Of a stretch of DNA of 64,000 nt, positions 23,601 to 36,295 are shown piece after piece (position 1 is the first letter of the stretch; the number at the start of each line of letters is the position of its first letter). The DNA comes from Selaginella moellendorffii (taxonomy: Eukaryota; Plantae; Lycopodiophyta). Position numbers and translations under genes: made by a program. Where the stretch lies: positions 125,563 through 189,562 of the forward strand of contig NW_003314305.1 in the NCBI RefSeq assembly GCF_000143415.4, given 5' to 3'. The notes below the pieces were generated by a model. That model saw only the letters and a program-made list of their open reading frames with translations. It ran no database searches and was not told the origin of the DNA.

Positions 23601-25269
23601 TCTTACAGAATAACAAGAAAACAAGAGACAGAGCTTATGAGCTTTTAATTGGAATTGGGAATGGCCTGTTGCAAGTTTCTGACGAGAAACTTGTCCAATT
23701 TTTTAGAAAGGTATTGACAGCTTGTTTAACTCCATATATTTGATGTTTCTGGGCCCAGTTGGTGGGATGTTCCGCAGTAACAGGCTCAGCTGGAGAGCCG
23801 CATGTAATAAGTGCGGCTCTCAGTGCAATTTCAAGGATGGTGTACGAGTTCCCATCGGAGCTGAAAGGCGAGATACACCGATATCTTCCGAGTGCATTTT
23901 ATTTACTTCGCAACTACAAGAGTCGAGAAGTAATCAAGGTTAGTTTTAATTTTGTTTTTGTTGAAAAGAATAACTGGTGCTTTCTATTTTGCAGTCAGTT
24001 CTTGGCCTTTTAAAAGTAATCGTTGCTATGATGTCTAAAGAGGAGCTTATGCCCCGTTTGAGTGAAATGGTGGAGGCTATGATGGTTTGGTCTGATGATC
24101 CGAAGAACAGATTTAAAGCAAAGGTCGTTCTTTTATTGGTGCACGCTCTTTATGCTTACCGAATGGAACAGGTCCGCGGGATACTGGAGAAGTTGTTAAA
24201 AAAATGTGGATTTGAGGCCGTTTCTGCTGTTATGCCCAAAGAGCATGCCAAGCACCTCGTCAACATTCGAAAGGTACTTGATTCAGTTTCTTGTCTAGCT
24301 AAATCGGATGAATCTGCAGAGGAAGGACCACGAAGAGAAGAAAAAGAGATCAATTATTGATGGCGAGGATGACAAGAGATCGCACTTCACTCGTGCACCC
24401 ACAACGTAGGAAGTAGAATGATGGTATATCATTTTCACTTGTCACACTCGTTTTTTGCAGGCGCAGTAAGTGGAAGCACACGGACATCTTCTCTGACTCG
24501 GACGAGGACAACGATGGCGACGACGAGAGCGAAGGTGCGACGGCTTTCACAAGGTCCAAGGCTACTACTGCCAGGTAAGCTCCACCTCTCTTATTCCCTC
24601 ATTTGCAAGCGTTACTGCTGGTAAAGCAGGTCAAAGAAGCTGCCAAAGCAAAAGAGGAGGCTCCCGGAAGACGAGCGAGGAAGGGACGAGCCTCTGGATC
24701 TTCTTGACGTTTCAAAGACGAGGGCGGCACTGTCAACTCTAGGAAAGCCAAAGAAGAGCCAGGCAGAGAGCGACGAAGACATGGATTTTGATCCAGATGG
24801 CCGTTTGATAGTGGAAGAAAGGCAGCCGCAGCAGCAACAGCAAGGACGCGCCTCCAAGCGGCTGAGAGACGAGGAAGAGGAAGGAGAAGAAGAAGAGTTT
24901 GGCAGGAGCCAAAAAGGTGCTAAGAAACGGGGCAAAGTGGCCGCCGAGAACCAAAAGAAGAGGAGCACTGGCTGGTCGTACAAGGGCGACGAGTACGTGA
25001 ACAAGAAAGGCGCTGGAGGGGACGTCAAGAGGGACGGGAAGCTAGAGCCGTACGCGTACTGGCCCTTGGACGCTAAATTGCTTAACCGGCGCGGGGAGAA
25101 GAAGGCCGCGGCCCGCAAGGGAATGGAGAGCGTTTTCAAGGTGACCAAGAAGCTCGAGGGCCTGAGCGTGAACAAGGCACTGGGGGGGATCCAGAAGAAG
25201 CGGAAGAAGCAGCACAACAAAGCTCACAAGAGTGGAGCTAACAGCAAGTCCGCAAGGAGCAAACGATGA
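20601..25269 (+). CDS. RRP12: RRP12-like ribosome biogenesis protein (NUC173/HEAT), multi-exon
   Basis: PTAYFAA, D.RPKV|RRRA, GAAVVAMGPERFL, LWALLPSFCNYPVD, VQKKGYK, KNRFKAK|VR.ILEKL.KKCG, KGAGGDVKRDGKLEPYAYWPLD; many 44-70 nt introns. Confidence 0.95.
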
Positions 25270-25772
25270 AAAGGATATGCCGAGAGTCTCCCTGTACAGC
25301 TCAGTAATTTTGCTAGTAATTTGTTATTTTTACTACTAAGCTTTGATGACAGGACAAGTAGAGGAATGAAGAAAGCTAAAGCTCTTCAATGTTGGTTTGC
25401 TGGAAAGATAAATGTCATAACCATGTCCTGTTATGTCTTTCATTATCATGTGATTAATCAGTTATAGATGGGGAGCATGACAAATAATCTCACTATGATC
25501 TATCATATGCGCTTGTCACTCTTTTTGCAGCTCACAAACATCTTCTACGAGGACAAAAGAGTGATACGTAACTTCCAAATTAAAGCAAGGTGGCATCGTT
25601 TTCTCGACGCGCAGAGCTGTACAGTTAGCTTCTTTTTTGCTTTTCCCGCAAGAGAATCGAATGGATATGAAGAAACAAAGGGAACCATACCTTTGCCAAG
25701 TAGAAAAAAAAATCCAATATTCACTTCCAATATGCACGCTTGGAAAGTGTGGTGTATGCCCGCCCCGCAAGC

Positions 25773-28386
25773 TCAATGGTTGATGTTACACTGCTGCAGG
25801 TATGGGTGATCGTAGCTCACGTACCTCGTCCAGTACGACTTGTATCTCGAAAGCCCAATGTCCAGCCATGGCTTGAGATTGCCGTTGTAATGCACCACCG
25901 CGGCTGCATCCATGTCCGCTTTGTCGATGCTTGGATTGTAGCCCAGTCCCAGGACGTGCCACGACTTGTCCAATGGATGCGTCAAGTTGTAGAAGGTGAT
26001 GAGGCCAGGGGGTAGCGTTCCGAGCTTCCACAGCAGCCTGTCCTCGTTCTGGAAAGCAAAAGCAAAACCTCTTGTCAAGCACGAGGCAAAAGATAGATAT
26101 CGATCCTAAAGCCATTACCATGTTCTGCCACTTGTGGTAGATCCCCGTTATGTCGCGCCGCTTCCACTCTTTGAGATCGAAGACGTTCATCCCGTACGCC
26201 CAGCCACACGCGTCCGGGTTGAAGTTCCTGGCGATGTGCGGGTTGGAGAAGTTCAAGTACTTGTCGAAGCGATGGAAGCTGGCGCCGCAGGTCTCGACAG
26301 CACCGTTCACTTTGCCTTGCAGGTCGATGCTCCACAGGCCGGTGAGGTCCTTCTGGACAACGATGTCATCGTCCAGGAAGAGTATCTTGTCCAGCTTGGG
26401 ATAGATTTGCGGCAAGTAGAAGCGCAGGTGGTTGAGCATGGAGAGGTACTTTGGATTCCTGTACTTGAGATTGGATGACCCCGAGGAAACGGACGTTGGA
26501 TGATCGGGCTTGAAGTAGTAGTCCTTCATGGCAGCGGATTCTAGCTGTCGAAGAACCGGGCAGTAGGATGAGTTGAGCCACTTGAAGTCGTCAATGTTTT
26601 GGACTTCAATGGTGGCCTTCCCAGGCGGATTGGCGAGAAACCACATGCGCATGGCGCCGTAGTTAAGCCTGTCCGTGACAACGTGAATGACATGCTTATG
26701 CGGTTCCTGAAAAGCAGAAAATCGTTAAGTCGCTATATAGTACTGGAGTCATCGAACCTGTGCATGCCGTACTGTGGAGCTAACTACCACCGATGCCGCA
26801 AGAATGTTGTCGGAGAAAAGTGCGTAGTGAAAGAGCGTTGGATCGTCGAGCTTTTCTTGTGATGGGAATTCGCGCTTCTCGGGAGGGAGTGTGTAGTACT
26901 CCACGTTTAGGCGAAGCGAAAGGCAATGGAGAGCCTTTGGAATGGTCTTAGCCGCGAGCTGACTGAGAAACGTGCTTTGCTTCTTCAATGTTTGGGCGTA
27001 CTCCTGGGAAGACTGTAACGTAGCACGCAACTTCCTTACAATCAGTCCGCAGTCATATAGTTCACTGCGAGCTTGCGTCAATGTCTGCCCCATGGTTCTG
27101 ATCCTCTCGTGTGCGCTGCGGCATGAAACATGTTAGAGAATTGCTGTGCTGCGAAAGAAGAAAGAAAATTACCTACGAGAGAGATCAGAATCCAGATTAG
27201 CGTCTCCCAACGCACGTGTGGTCTCCCTTATCCGCAGTTTCAAATCCCGAAGGAGCCTCAAGTTGTTGCGAGACTGAGCAATGCTTGCATACACTCTGGC
27301 CATAATCAGTTGCTCTCGCATCAGCCGAACAAGGTTGTCCGAGTTCTCGTTGTCTTCGCGCCTCCAAATGCTGTACTTCCCCATGATGTTCCTCGACACA
27401 ACTTTAGTTCGCTCGATGGCTTCGGCCTCTAGTTGCGCGTTCTCTTTCTCATCGTGCTTAGTGAGCTGCAGCAGTCGCTCCTTTTCCCTGCGTAGTTTGA
27501 TATGCTGCGTGTATAGAAAGAACTCAAGTTCGGTGCTCACAATCAACTCCATACCTCTGGCGGCTGCTCCCGGTAATGCACATCTTGTAGAAGCAATCCG
27601 CTCTTTCCTGTAAACATACAAACCTCTTAAACACCCATTTTCGTTTTCCTGTCAGCTAGCTAATTACCTTGACCCGTTTCCGACGAGTTGAACGAATCGG
27701 AAGTAACAGAGGGTGTCCCGTTTGTAATCTCTCCTTCCTGTCCTTCCTGCTCCAAAGAGATGCGTTAGAATTGATGACTTCACCAAAAAGGATAAAACAA
27801 ACCTGAAGACCATCGTTCTCAAACTTAAGCTGCTGTTCGTCATGCTCTTGTACTAAAGAAGACGGTGTATCCTTTACAGCTTTGAGCCTCAGTATCCGAT
27901 CTGGGTCGTCTGAATTGGCCAGAATGACGCTCAGAACCTGCAACCGACAACCCGAGATAAATTGCGTTCACAAAAGACGCGTTCTCTCGAGAACATTTAC
28001 CTCCTCGGGAAAAAAGCTCTCCATTTGATGATCTTGTCCCGTCAGCTTGCGAGCACTCTCAGCACCATGGCTTTGCTGGAAAATCAAACACAAAGAGTTA
28101 GAATTAAATCAATCATAGGTAGAGGGATAACCATAACTTACATCGAAAAAATCCTTGGCGTCTAGAACACCCTGTAGGCATTAGCCATTTGCGAGAGAAG
28201 GAAAAGAAGAGACTTACTCAAAGCTGAGCCAAAGCTGCTGAAACGCACTGCCAGGAAGACGAGTGGAGCTGTGACGAGCAGCGCAAACAATGTAGCTAGA
28301 ATGTGGGTGCCGCCGTGCTTGCCCGTGCCTCCCTTGCCGCGCTGCTGGAGGAGGGACGCCGATGAGCTTCTTCTACTGGGAGGCAT
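25773..28386 (-). CDS. Galacturonosyltransferase (GT8, GAUT1-like), multi-exon
   Basis: N-terminal TM, GKYSIWRR, QLAAKTIPKALHCLSLRL, HYALFSDNILAASVVV, KYLSMLNHLRFYLP, FLDDDIVVQKDL, WKLGTLPPGL, HYNGNLKPWL. Confidence 0.95.
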
Positions 28387-29167
28387 GATGCCGGATGCCC
28401 GAAATCCCTATCCTGAGCTACTCTGCCTATCCACAGTGATATTTCGGCTCGATGCTTGCATAATACGCGATCCAGATGCTTCAAATCCTCGCCGCCTCTC
28501 CCAATGGAGCTAGATCGATCGCCTTGAAGATCATCCACCGCATTGCCTTGCCCAAATCTGGATGGGAGTCGCGGCGCACCCCTGCATTGTATCCAAAATC
28601 TGGAGCAACGCGCCTGCGATTCATGGCGCCAGCGCCCCAGCGGAAGGGATAGCGCAATCCCTAATGCGATGGAGGAGGACAGAAGAGGAGAGGAGAGAGA
28701 AGAAGAGGACTCCTCACCACACTGTCCCGTTTCTCCCAAAAACCATGCACCACATTGAGCTGCTTGTCAAGCGTCCGGCAATCCACGCCGTCCAGACGGG
28801 GCCCGTGTGCGTGGCACACACTCGTGCGTCGGATGGACAGCAGGTACTGGTCGTTGGATCCAAAGGGCGCAGAGACAATCGCAACCGCTCAACGAAGACA
28901 TGCCGACAGCTCTTTGCTCCAGCTCTGTTATCCATCGGTTCTCCAACACATAACACCAAGGGTTCCTTCCGCGAACCAACGGTCCGAGGAGCCACATGAA
29001 TATTCTTCACTTTTCCCATTGCCTAGATTTTCTAAAGGTCCTGTTAAGCTCCTTGCCATTTCTAGAAACCCTAAAAGGCCGTTAGCGAATCAATGTATTC
29101 TACTTTGTTAACGGGTTAGATTTTAACTTTTCAAAAGAGATAAAATATTCTAGGATTTAGAATATTC

Positions 29168-31201
29168 TTAGCATCTAGGCGGGGAAAAAGTGAGAATGTG
29201 CATGTTTGAGAGCAAGATGTATGCAGCTCCACCTAAAGGCTTAAGATCAATAACGTTTCTAACAATTTCGCCGGCAGCATTTGCTCCTCTCAACTTGACG
29301 AGATCGCTACTCGACTCAAAGCCTCCTAAAACACACACCCAATCTACAATGTCTGGAACAAAGGGCATGCTTGACATGAGATCGCATGCCTGGGCAAGGT
29401 ATCCAGCGCGAACAAGCACGTCCAGCATGCAAGAGTAGTGCCGCTTGTTGGGCTTGATCCCAAAGTCCACTTGCATCGAAACGAAGCAAGCCCGGCCATT
29501 GTAGACCTTTCCGGCATGGCTGCAAGACACAAGAGCCGAGACGAAGCAAACCTTGTCCGGAGGGGTGCTGCTCAAATGCATCCATCCCGTAAACAGATTT
29601 AGTGCTGTCCAATTTGACACCAGCTGCTCGTCTTGGAACTTGGTTTTCTTGTAAGTTACTAAGGTGGCTAGCAGTGATCCCCACGACACAACACTCCACT
29701 CCGGCATCCTGTCAAAGAACGTCTTGGCTTTCGCCATATGCCCTTCTTGGGCATATGCGAAAAGAAGCGTGTTCCAAGACACGAGATTGGCTTCGGGCAT
29801 CTGAGCCAGCAAGGCTTTCGTCTGTTCCAAGTAGCGATTGTGGGCATACGCTGATAGCATTGCATTCCAAGAGGCAGTGTTGTGCTGTGGCATCCTTGCG
29901 TCGAACAAGCTTTTGGCTTCCTTGAAGCGGCCGTTTTGAACGTAGGCATCCAGCATTGTGGTGTTGGAAACGAGGCTCCTGCATGGCATGTCGTCGTACG
30001 TCTTCTTCACCTCGTCCAAGCTCCCGGACATCAAGAATGCCGAGAGCATCGAGTTCCAGGCGACGACGTCGCGCTCCTGGAGCTCCGAGAAGATCCTCCG
30101 GGCTTCTTCGAGCTGCCCGTTTCGGGCATACGCAGAGAGCATGGCATTGCAAGCGATGAGCGTGTAGTGTGGCATTGCGTGATCAAACAAGTCTTTGGCC
30201 CGCGAGAGGAGCTCCCACGATTCCTTGCGGTTGCTGCACTCCAGGGCCATGTCTCCGAGAAGGGAGATGACGAGCGTGAATGAGACTTGGTCGTGGAGTG
30301 GGATTGAGTGGAACAATTCTAAAGCCTTGGCTGTGTGTCCATTGTGAGTGTAAACTGCAAGCATTGTGTTCCAAGACACAAGGTTTCTCTCCGGCATCGA
30401 GTGGAGGAACAAACGCTCCGCTTCGAGCACGTAGCCGTGGAGTGAATACGCCGAAAGCATCGCGTTGTAGGAGATGAGGTTGTGCTGCGGGCTCTTGTCA
30501 AACGCACGCTTGCAGTCCTCAATGCTAGGTCCATTGTGGGCATTCACTGCAAGCATTGTCGTCCAGGACACAAGATCGTGCTGTGGCATAAGCAGAAATA
30601 TTGCGTTGCATTTCTTGACTTGGCCTTTAACTGAACACGCAGCAAGCATTGCGTTCCATGACACGAGATCTCTCTCGGGAATCCCAGCAAAAATAGTTTC
30701 ACAAGAAGAAATATCTCCTCTCTGGGCATTTGCAGTAAGAATGGCAGTCCATGACACGAGATTCACTTGCGGCATCTGATCGAAAACTTCTTTTGCTCTG
30801 TCAGCGTCTAATACGTGTGCGTACGCCGTTACCATGGCAGTCCAGGATATCAGATTCTTCTCGGGCATGAGAAGAAAGGTCTCCTCGGCTTTTTCCAAAT
30901 CCCCGCTTCTGGCAAATGCTGTAAGCATGACATTCCAAGTCGGCATATCAAACAGCGGCATCAAATCAAACAAAATATTAGCCTCCCGGATCTCGCCCTT
31001 TCGCGCATGAGCCAGGATCATCAAATGCCATGAAAAAATGTCCCTTTTTTTATCGCCCAAGGCATCGAAAACTTGCCGCGCCATGCCCACATTGCCGCAC
31101 TTGCCGTGGCGCTCAATCGCCCTGTTGGCATAGTACACGTCAGCAATAGGGCACACGTCAGCGGCCAACATTATCGACACGTGGCAACCAGTGAAGCTCA
31201 C
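29168..31201 (-). CDS. PLS-class PPR protein, E-type end, no DYW
   Basis: Tandem 31-aa PPR motifs; HYSCMLDVLVRAG..MPFVPD..W..AAYILLSNM. Confidence 0.92.
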   Translation of the reverse strand: MSFTGCHVSIMLAADVCPIADVYYANRAIERHGKCGNVGMARQVFDALGDKKRDIFSWHLMILAHARKGEIREANILFDLMPLFDMPTWNVMLTAFARSGDLEKAEETFLLMPEKNLISWTAMVTAYAHVLDADRAKEVFDQMPQVNLVSWTAILTANAQRGDISSCETIFAGIPERDLVSWNAMLAACSVKGQVKKCNAIFLLMPQHDLVSWTTMLAVNAHNGPSIEDCKRAFDKSPQHNLISYNAMLSAYSLHGYVLEAERLFLHSMPERNLVSWNTMLAVYTHNGHTAKALELFHSIPLHDQVSFTLVISLLGDMALECSNRKESWELLSRAKDLFDHAMPHYTLIACNAMLSAYARNGQLEEARRIFSELQERDVVAWNSMLSAFLMSGSLDEVKKTYDDMPCRSLVSNTTMLDAYVQNGRFKEAKSLFDARMPQHNTASWNAMLSAYAHNRYLEQTKALLAQMPEANLVSWNTLLFAYAQEGHMAKAKTFFDRMPEWSVVSWGSLLATLVTYKKTKFQDEQLVSNWTALNLFTGWMHLSSTPPDKVCFVSALVSCSHAGKVYNGRACFVSMQVDFGIKPNKRHYSCMLDVLVRAGYLAQACDLMSSMPFVPDIVDWVCVLGGFESSSDLVKLRGANAAGEIVRNVIDLKPLGGAAYILLSNMHILTFSPPRC

Positions 31202-31361
31202 ATCATCCTATCTATCTAGAAGCACACAAAGCGCGGCCATAGCTGGGAAGAACACGCACCAGGTAAGAACACCCACGAAGAACTCTTTCTTGGGCGATCT
31301 CCAAAACTTCCATTGTGTGATCTAGCTAGCACTCCGAGTGATCGATCGATCGCTGCCGGCT

Positions 31362-31712
31362 ATGGCGACAATGTCTGCGAGCTTTGTAGCAGCGTCCACG
31401 ATTCCAATCTCGCGAAGCAGCGGAAGCAGCAAACAAATCCACAGGATGAGCTCGTTTGGAGGCCTCAAAGCCATCAACACCGTCATGGGATTGGGGTGCT
31501 CGCAATGCGTTGACCAACAATTCGCGCAGCTCCAAGCCCGAGCGCTCAAATCTTCCTCCAGGCGTGGTGGTGCACTGGCCGCCAAGGCCAGCGTCTCGGA
31601 GGAGGTCTTTCGCGTTGTTCCCATCATGACCGTGCTTGTTCTCGTGGGAGTCGCCGTTGGTTTTGTGTTGCTTCGGGTGGAGCAAGCGGTGGAAGAAGCC
31701 GAGGATGGCTGA
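31362..31712 (+). CDS. petM: Cytochrome b6f complex subunit PetM (nuclear-encoded, plastid transit peptide)
   Basis: MATMSAS..SFGGLKA.N..RRGGALAAKA then EVFRVVPIMTVLVLVGVAVGFVLLRVEQAVEE. Confidence 0.92.
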   Translation: MATMSASFVAASTIPISRSSGSSKQIHRMSSFGGLKAINTVMGLGCSQCVDQQFAQLQARALKSSSRRGGALAAKASVSEEVFRVVPIMTVLVLVGVAVGFVLLRVEQAVEEAEDG

Positions 31713-31734
31713 GCGCATGATCGATTGATCGATA

Positions 31735-33843
31735 CTATGTGATTGTGTGGAGGTTTGCCATGATCACGTAGCTTGCTGCCTCCCTTTCATCCATCCTCAT
31801 CAGACAATCAAAGGCCTCCTTTCCCATCTCCACGTTGTTCCATTTCTTACAGGCAGCCAACACTGTTCTCCAAGTCATGAGGTTTGGATTTACTCCAAGA
31901 GGCATGGATTTCACCACCGCCATGGCTTCGTCTAATCGATTTGCTCGTCCAAGCATATCCACCAGGCAATTGTAGTGCTCGATTCCGAGACAAACTCCAC
32001 CAAAAAAAGCGAAGTAGTTCTTTCCTCTGTCAACCAGGCCAGCATGGCTACAAGCCATAAGAACTTCGAGAATAAGTGTGTTATCCATCTTGGTTCCTTC
32101 GTCTTTCATTTTCTCGAAGAGAGTCAACGCTTTCCCAGCGTCTCCGAGTCGACTGTATCCGGCGATGAGCGACGACCACGCTGCCGTGTCGATCTTCCTC
32201 GAGCTCAATGAATCGAAAGTTTGCTGGGCTTTGATCACGTTCCCACACTTTCCATAGAAATCCACCAGGGAGGTGGCCACGCAGTGCTCGTCTTCCATCC
32301 CGGCTCTACAAATCTCGCCGTGGAGCTCCACTCCAGCTCCAAAGCTCGTCGACGCAGCGCACGCCTCGAGCGCCGCTATGAAAGTTTGAGCGCTGGGACG
32401 TATGATCAATCCGTTATTCTTCTTCATCCTTTGGAGCAACTCTAGAGCCTCGAGGTTCTCTCCATTCTCGACACACCCCGCGATCATCACATTCCAGGAG
32501 ACAATGCTCCGAGAAGCAATCGACTCAAAGATGGATCGAGCTTGGGAAAGAGATCCACACGAAGCATACATCGCCACCAAAGTTGTTGCTACGTAAATAT
32601 CCGTGTCGCAGCCCCTGGACGACGCTTCCAAGTGGATCTCACGACCCTTTTCCAGAAATCTCAATCTCTCACCATCGTCTTTGCCCATGCTCTCACGACC
32701 CTTTCCCAGAAATCTCAATCTCTCGCCAGCGTCTTTGCCCATGCAAGAACACGCCTTGAGCACGGCCACGAAAGTCCGGGCATTTGGAACACAAAGTCGG
32801 CCAGCTTTCATGAGATCGAAAGTTTGGAGGGCGAGTTCCATCTCTCCGGCCTCCATGAATCCAAGTATGAGGGACGTCCAAGACACAACATCGTGGCATT
32901 GCATGGATCCAAAGACACGAGTGGCATCAGCCATGCTTCCACACTTGGAGTAAGCGTCGATGAGCGCGTTTGCGACGAAGATATCATAAAAAAGATGGCC
33001 AGTGATCGAGGCTTGATCATGGATCGCCATTGTTCTTCCCAGGGACTTGAGTTTCACGACGCTTCCATTGCTTGGGAGCTCCAATCCATCCTCAAGAGCT
33101 GCCAAGATTCCACAAGCCATCAAAGCAGCAACAAAAACTCGACCATCGAGCCCAAGCCCCTCGAGGAGAACTCGAGAGTAGAGCTTCATCGCCATCTCCC
33201 CGTCCCCGTTCTCGGCAAATGCCAGCATCAGCGCAGTCCACGACACGATGCAGCGAGCTTTCATCCGATCAAAGACTCCCCGAGACTCGATCAAGCTCCC
33301 ACACTTCGCGTACAAATCCAGCAGCGTGTTTGCGACGAAGAGATCATGATCGCAGCCTTTGCTCTTCGCTTGCGAGTGGATCCATCGTGCCCTTTCGAGG
33401 CAATCCGTCTTGACCAGCTTTGACCTATCCAGCAGCATCGAGCAGGCCGTGAGCGCCGCCACAAAGGTCCGAGCGTTTGGCTCCCACTTTCCACGACTCG
33501 CTTGCAAGCACGACGAGAAGAGATCGAGGGCCAAGTCGGGCCTTCCATTCTCTGTGTAGCCAGAGATAAGCAATGTCCAGGAGACCACACCGTGACACGG
33601 CAATCGATCGAAGATAAAACGAGCCTCGTCGATGAATCCACACTTGGAGTAGAGATTGAGCAGCAAGATGGCCGAGTGTGAGCTCGGTCGCAAGCCGGCA
33701 TCCATCACTTGGCTGTAAAGCTGCTTGCCTCTTTCCAGCGATCTACACCTCTTGAGCTCGTCCAGCAACACGTAAATGCTTCTTCCTTTGATCATTCTCC
33801 ATCGCCCAAAAGCTCCAAACACGAATGTCCCAGGGGAAGCCAC
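31735..33843 (-). CDS. PLS-class PPR protein, E-type end, no DYW (first ATG probably 33795)
   Basis: Repeated P-L-S triplets (YAKCGS..A..VFD.M..VVSWT..PNARTFVA); HYNCLVDMLGRAN..W.TVLAAC..SYVIMANL. Confidence 0.92.
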   Translation of the reverse strand: MASPGTFVFGAFGRWRMIKGRSIYVLLDELKRCRSLERGKQLYSQVMDAGLRPSSHSAILLLNLYSKCGFIDEARFIFDRLPCHGVVSWTLLISGYTENGRPDLALDLFSSCLQASRGKWEPNARTFVAALTACSMLLDRSKLVKTDCLERARWIHSQAKSKGCDHDLFVANTLLDLYAKCGSLIESRGVFDRMKARCIVSWTALMLAFAENGDGEMAMKLYSRVLLEGLGLDGRVFVAALMACGILAALEDGLELPSNGSVVKLKSLGRTMAIHDQASITGHLFYDIFVANALIDAYSKCGSMADATRVFGSMQCHDVVSWTSLILGFMEAGEMELALQTFDLMKAGRLCVPNARTFVAVLKACSCMGKDAGERLRFLGKGRESMGKDDGERLRFLEKGREIHLEASSRGCDTDIYVATTLVAMYASCGSLSQARSIFESIASRSIVSWNVMIAGCVENGENLEALELLQRMKKNNGLIIRPSAQTFIAALEACAASTSFGAGVELHGEICRAGMEDEHCVATSLVDFYGKCGNVIKAQQTFDSLSSRKIDTAAWSSLIAGYSRLGDAGKALTLFEKMKDEGTKMDNTLILEVLMACSHAGLVDRGKNYFAFFGGVCLGIEHYNCLVDMLGRANRLDEAMAVVKSMPLGVNPNLMTWRTVLAACKKWNNVEMGKEAFDCLMRMDEREAASYVIMANLHTIT

Positions 33844-35974
33844 TTGACATAGAATATCTTGTCACGTCAGCTTGGCAATGATTCCTTAATCCCTTGCTGA
33901 AACAGTTTGGTCACTCTTTGTTGCTAGTGGCAGCCTCATTGACGCAAAACAAGTGCACTCACATCACTCAGTTTTGCACATGCACTTTGAGCTACTTGGG
34001 ACACTGATGGAAACACATTTGCTGTTCAAATAAAAGAATTCATGTTCAAAGAATGAACATAAATGTATTCCAATCCAAGCTACACTCAAGATGCTCACAA
34101 AGAACAAAACACTCCATACCCTTCTTCATTTCCAAAGCCTTCCACAGACATCCCTATCAGTAGCTGCAACACTCAGTCTGAACTGCTGCTATGCACTAAG
34201 CCCAACTCCCTTCATCTTTGCCTTCCGCATCTAGGAGAACCTTTGTCTCTAGCATTTTCTACTTGAACTCCTTTACATCCTTTGCCATCTTTATCTGGCA
34301 CTTTCCCTTATACATCTTCTCAATCTGCTCATCACATACTCTCTTAGTTGCCAAATATTCCTTCACCTGAATAAATGTAAACTGCTACTCCAACTTTTGG
34401 ATCCATCCAGGTGAGCTTCCTCTCGGGCCTCCTCTTGGTCAAGACGACGCTTCAAACACCCATTCTCCATCAACATACTGGAAATCACATGATCAAGACA
34501 CCTCATCTTCATGCATGCCAGTATCTACATCTCATAAATCCACTTGAAGTGTCAGTCTTCATCCATGCCCCATACAGCCATGTCCTCTTCCTCCTGAATC
34601 CTCTGTATCTCCGCTTTTAAAGTTTCTGGATGACCACCTCTTGGGGCAAGATACCCACCTTAGACATGTTTTCCCAACCATGCCAAAAGCATGTATCCAC
34701 TAACTTGGACCAAGTATTTCCCCTGCAATCACATCCTGTTGTATTCCTGAAGGTACACCTCATAGTCATACATAATACCTTCATGATCAAGCCACAAGCA
34801 CTCACTCATGAAACAAAATTTCTCAACTTCAAGGGTCTTGTACTTGTCCTTGAGATCGCTCTTGAGAACTTGCCATGCCTTGCTCAGGATCTCAGTGACC
34901 TCCATCTTATGCCCCTTACCATATGTGAGAGGAGTCACTCAGTTGGTCACCACCACACCAATCACTTGGGTGCTGCTCCCAAATCTTATCACCCATGAGG
35001 GGGTGCCCCAGAACTCCTGAAATATCCTGACCTCAAATTTCACTTGACTGTGGTTGACCTGTTAAGCCAAAACACAAGAGAAAATCCAAGCTTCTTCTAT
35101 TGCTTATTACATCACACTCCATTGGTCTCACACCTCTATGTCATGTCCTCTTTCTTTCCTTGCTTCTCCTTTTATCCTCTTTCCTTTTATGGTTTTCTTC
35201 CTATGTTTTTCCCCTCTTCTTTTAGTCTTTCCTTGTACTCTTAACTCTTTCTTTAACCCAAGCTTATTCTCCCAAACACAAGAACACTCAACTTTACCAC
35301 CTTTTCTACTCTAAACCAAGGTGGAAACACTTACCTTTGCTTCCAAGTCCACAATTTGGGGTTGAAGGATCATCATCCTTTGTTGCAGTCATGGATAAGC
35401 TGATGCTACAAGGGAACTTGCCTCTTCTAGTATCCAGATTGCTAATCCCATGTCAAGGAATCTCCTCATGCACTCTTTACCTCAGACTGCTTGCTCTTGC
35501 CCTCAGCCTCACATGTCTTCGGTGGCAATGCTGGCTACGGTCACTTAACCAATCTCCTAGTGCACAGAACGTCTCCTCAATAATGAATGCTACACATTGC
35601 TCTGAGATCCCCTTACTGGAATCCAGCACAAAAGAGTGGGAGGACGTTGAGTGAACTTGATAAGAGATTCTTTAGCAAGAGTCTTTTCATTATCAGAGGA
35701 GATGACCACTGGCTCTTCCATTTAATCATGCTGCAGCTGTTAAATCTTCACCAAGGTGTTGCTCCTCCTTGCCCAATCTCTTGAAGTCACACCCAATATG
35801 CATTTAAAGTGCCATCTTTCAACGATTCACCATTGTGAATATTAGGGAAAGCTAACTGTGAGAGAAGAAAGTGCCACTTGTTGCTAATGCCATATGCCAG
35901 CATGCGAGTGACTTGTTGCCCTCCCCTCTTACCTCTCTATTTTTCCCACTCTTTTCTCTCCCTTTCTGCCTTTC

Positions 35975-36295
35975 CACTTTTCTATTTTCATTAGTTTTGT
36001 ATTTATTTCTATTTATATTTCTGATCCTAAAGGCAGTTTAGATGCTCTAGCAGTATCTAATGATGAAGTCTTGGGTATGCTCCTCTCTTCACCTGGTAAC
36101 TTTGTAGGGTCCTTCCATCCATGAATTCTTCTTTTCTATACTTCTTTCACTTTTCTTTCTATTTTCATTAGTTTCATATTTATTTATATTTATATTTCTG
36201 ATCCTAAGGCAGTTTAGATGCTCTAGCAGTATCTAATGATCAAGTCTTGGGTACACTCCTCTCTTCATCTGGTAATTTTGTAGGGTCCCTTTTTC
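35975..36295. repeat. ~180-bp tandem repeat (two units; a degenerate third at ~49930-50025)
   Basis: ttttctattttcattagttt..ggcagtttagatgctctagcagtatctaatgat..tagggtcc repeated. Confidence 0.85.
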
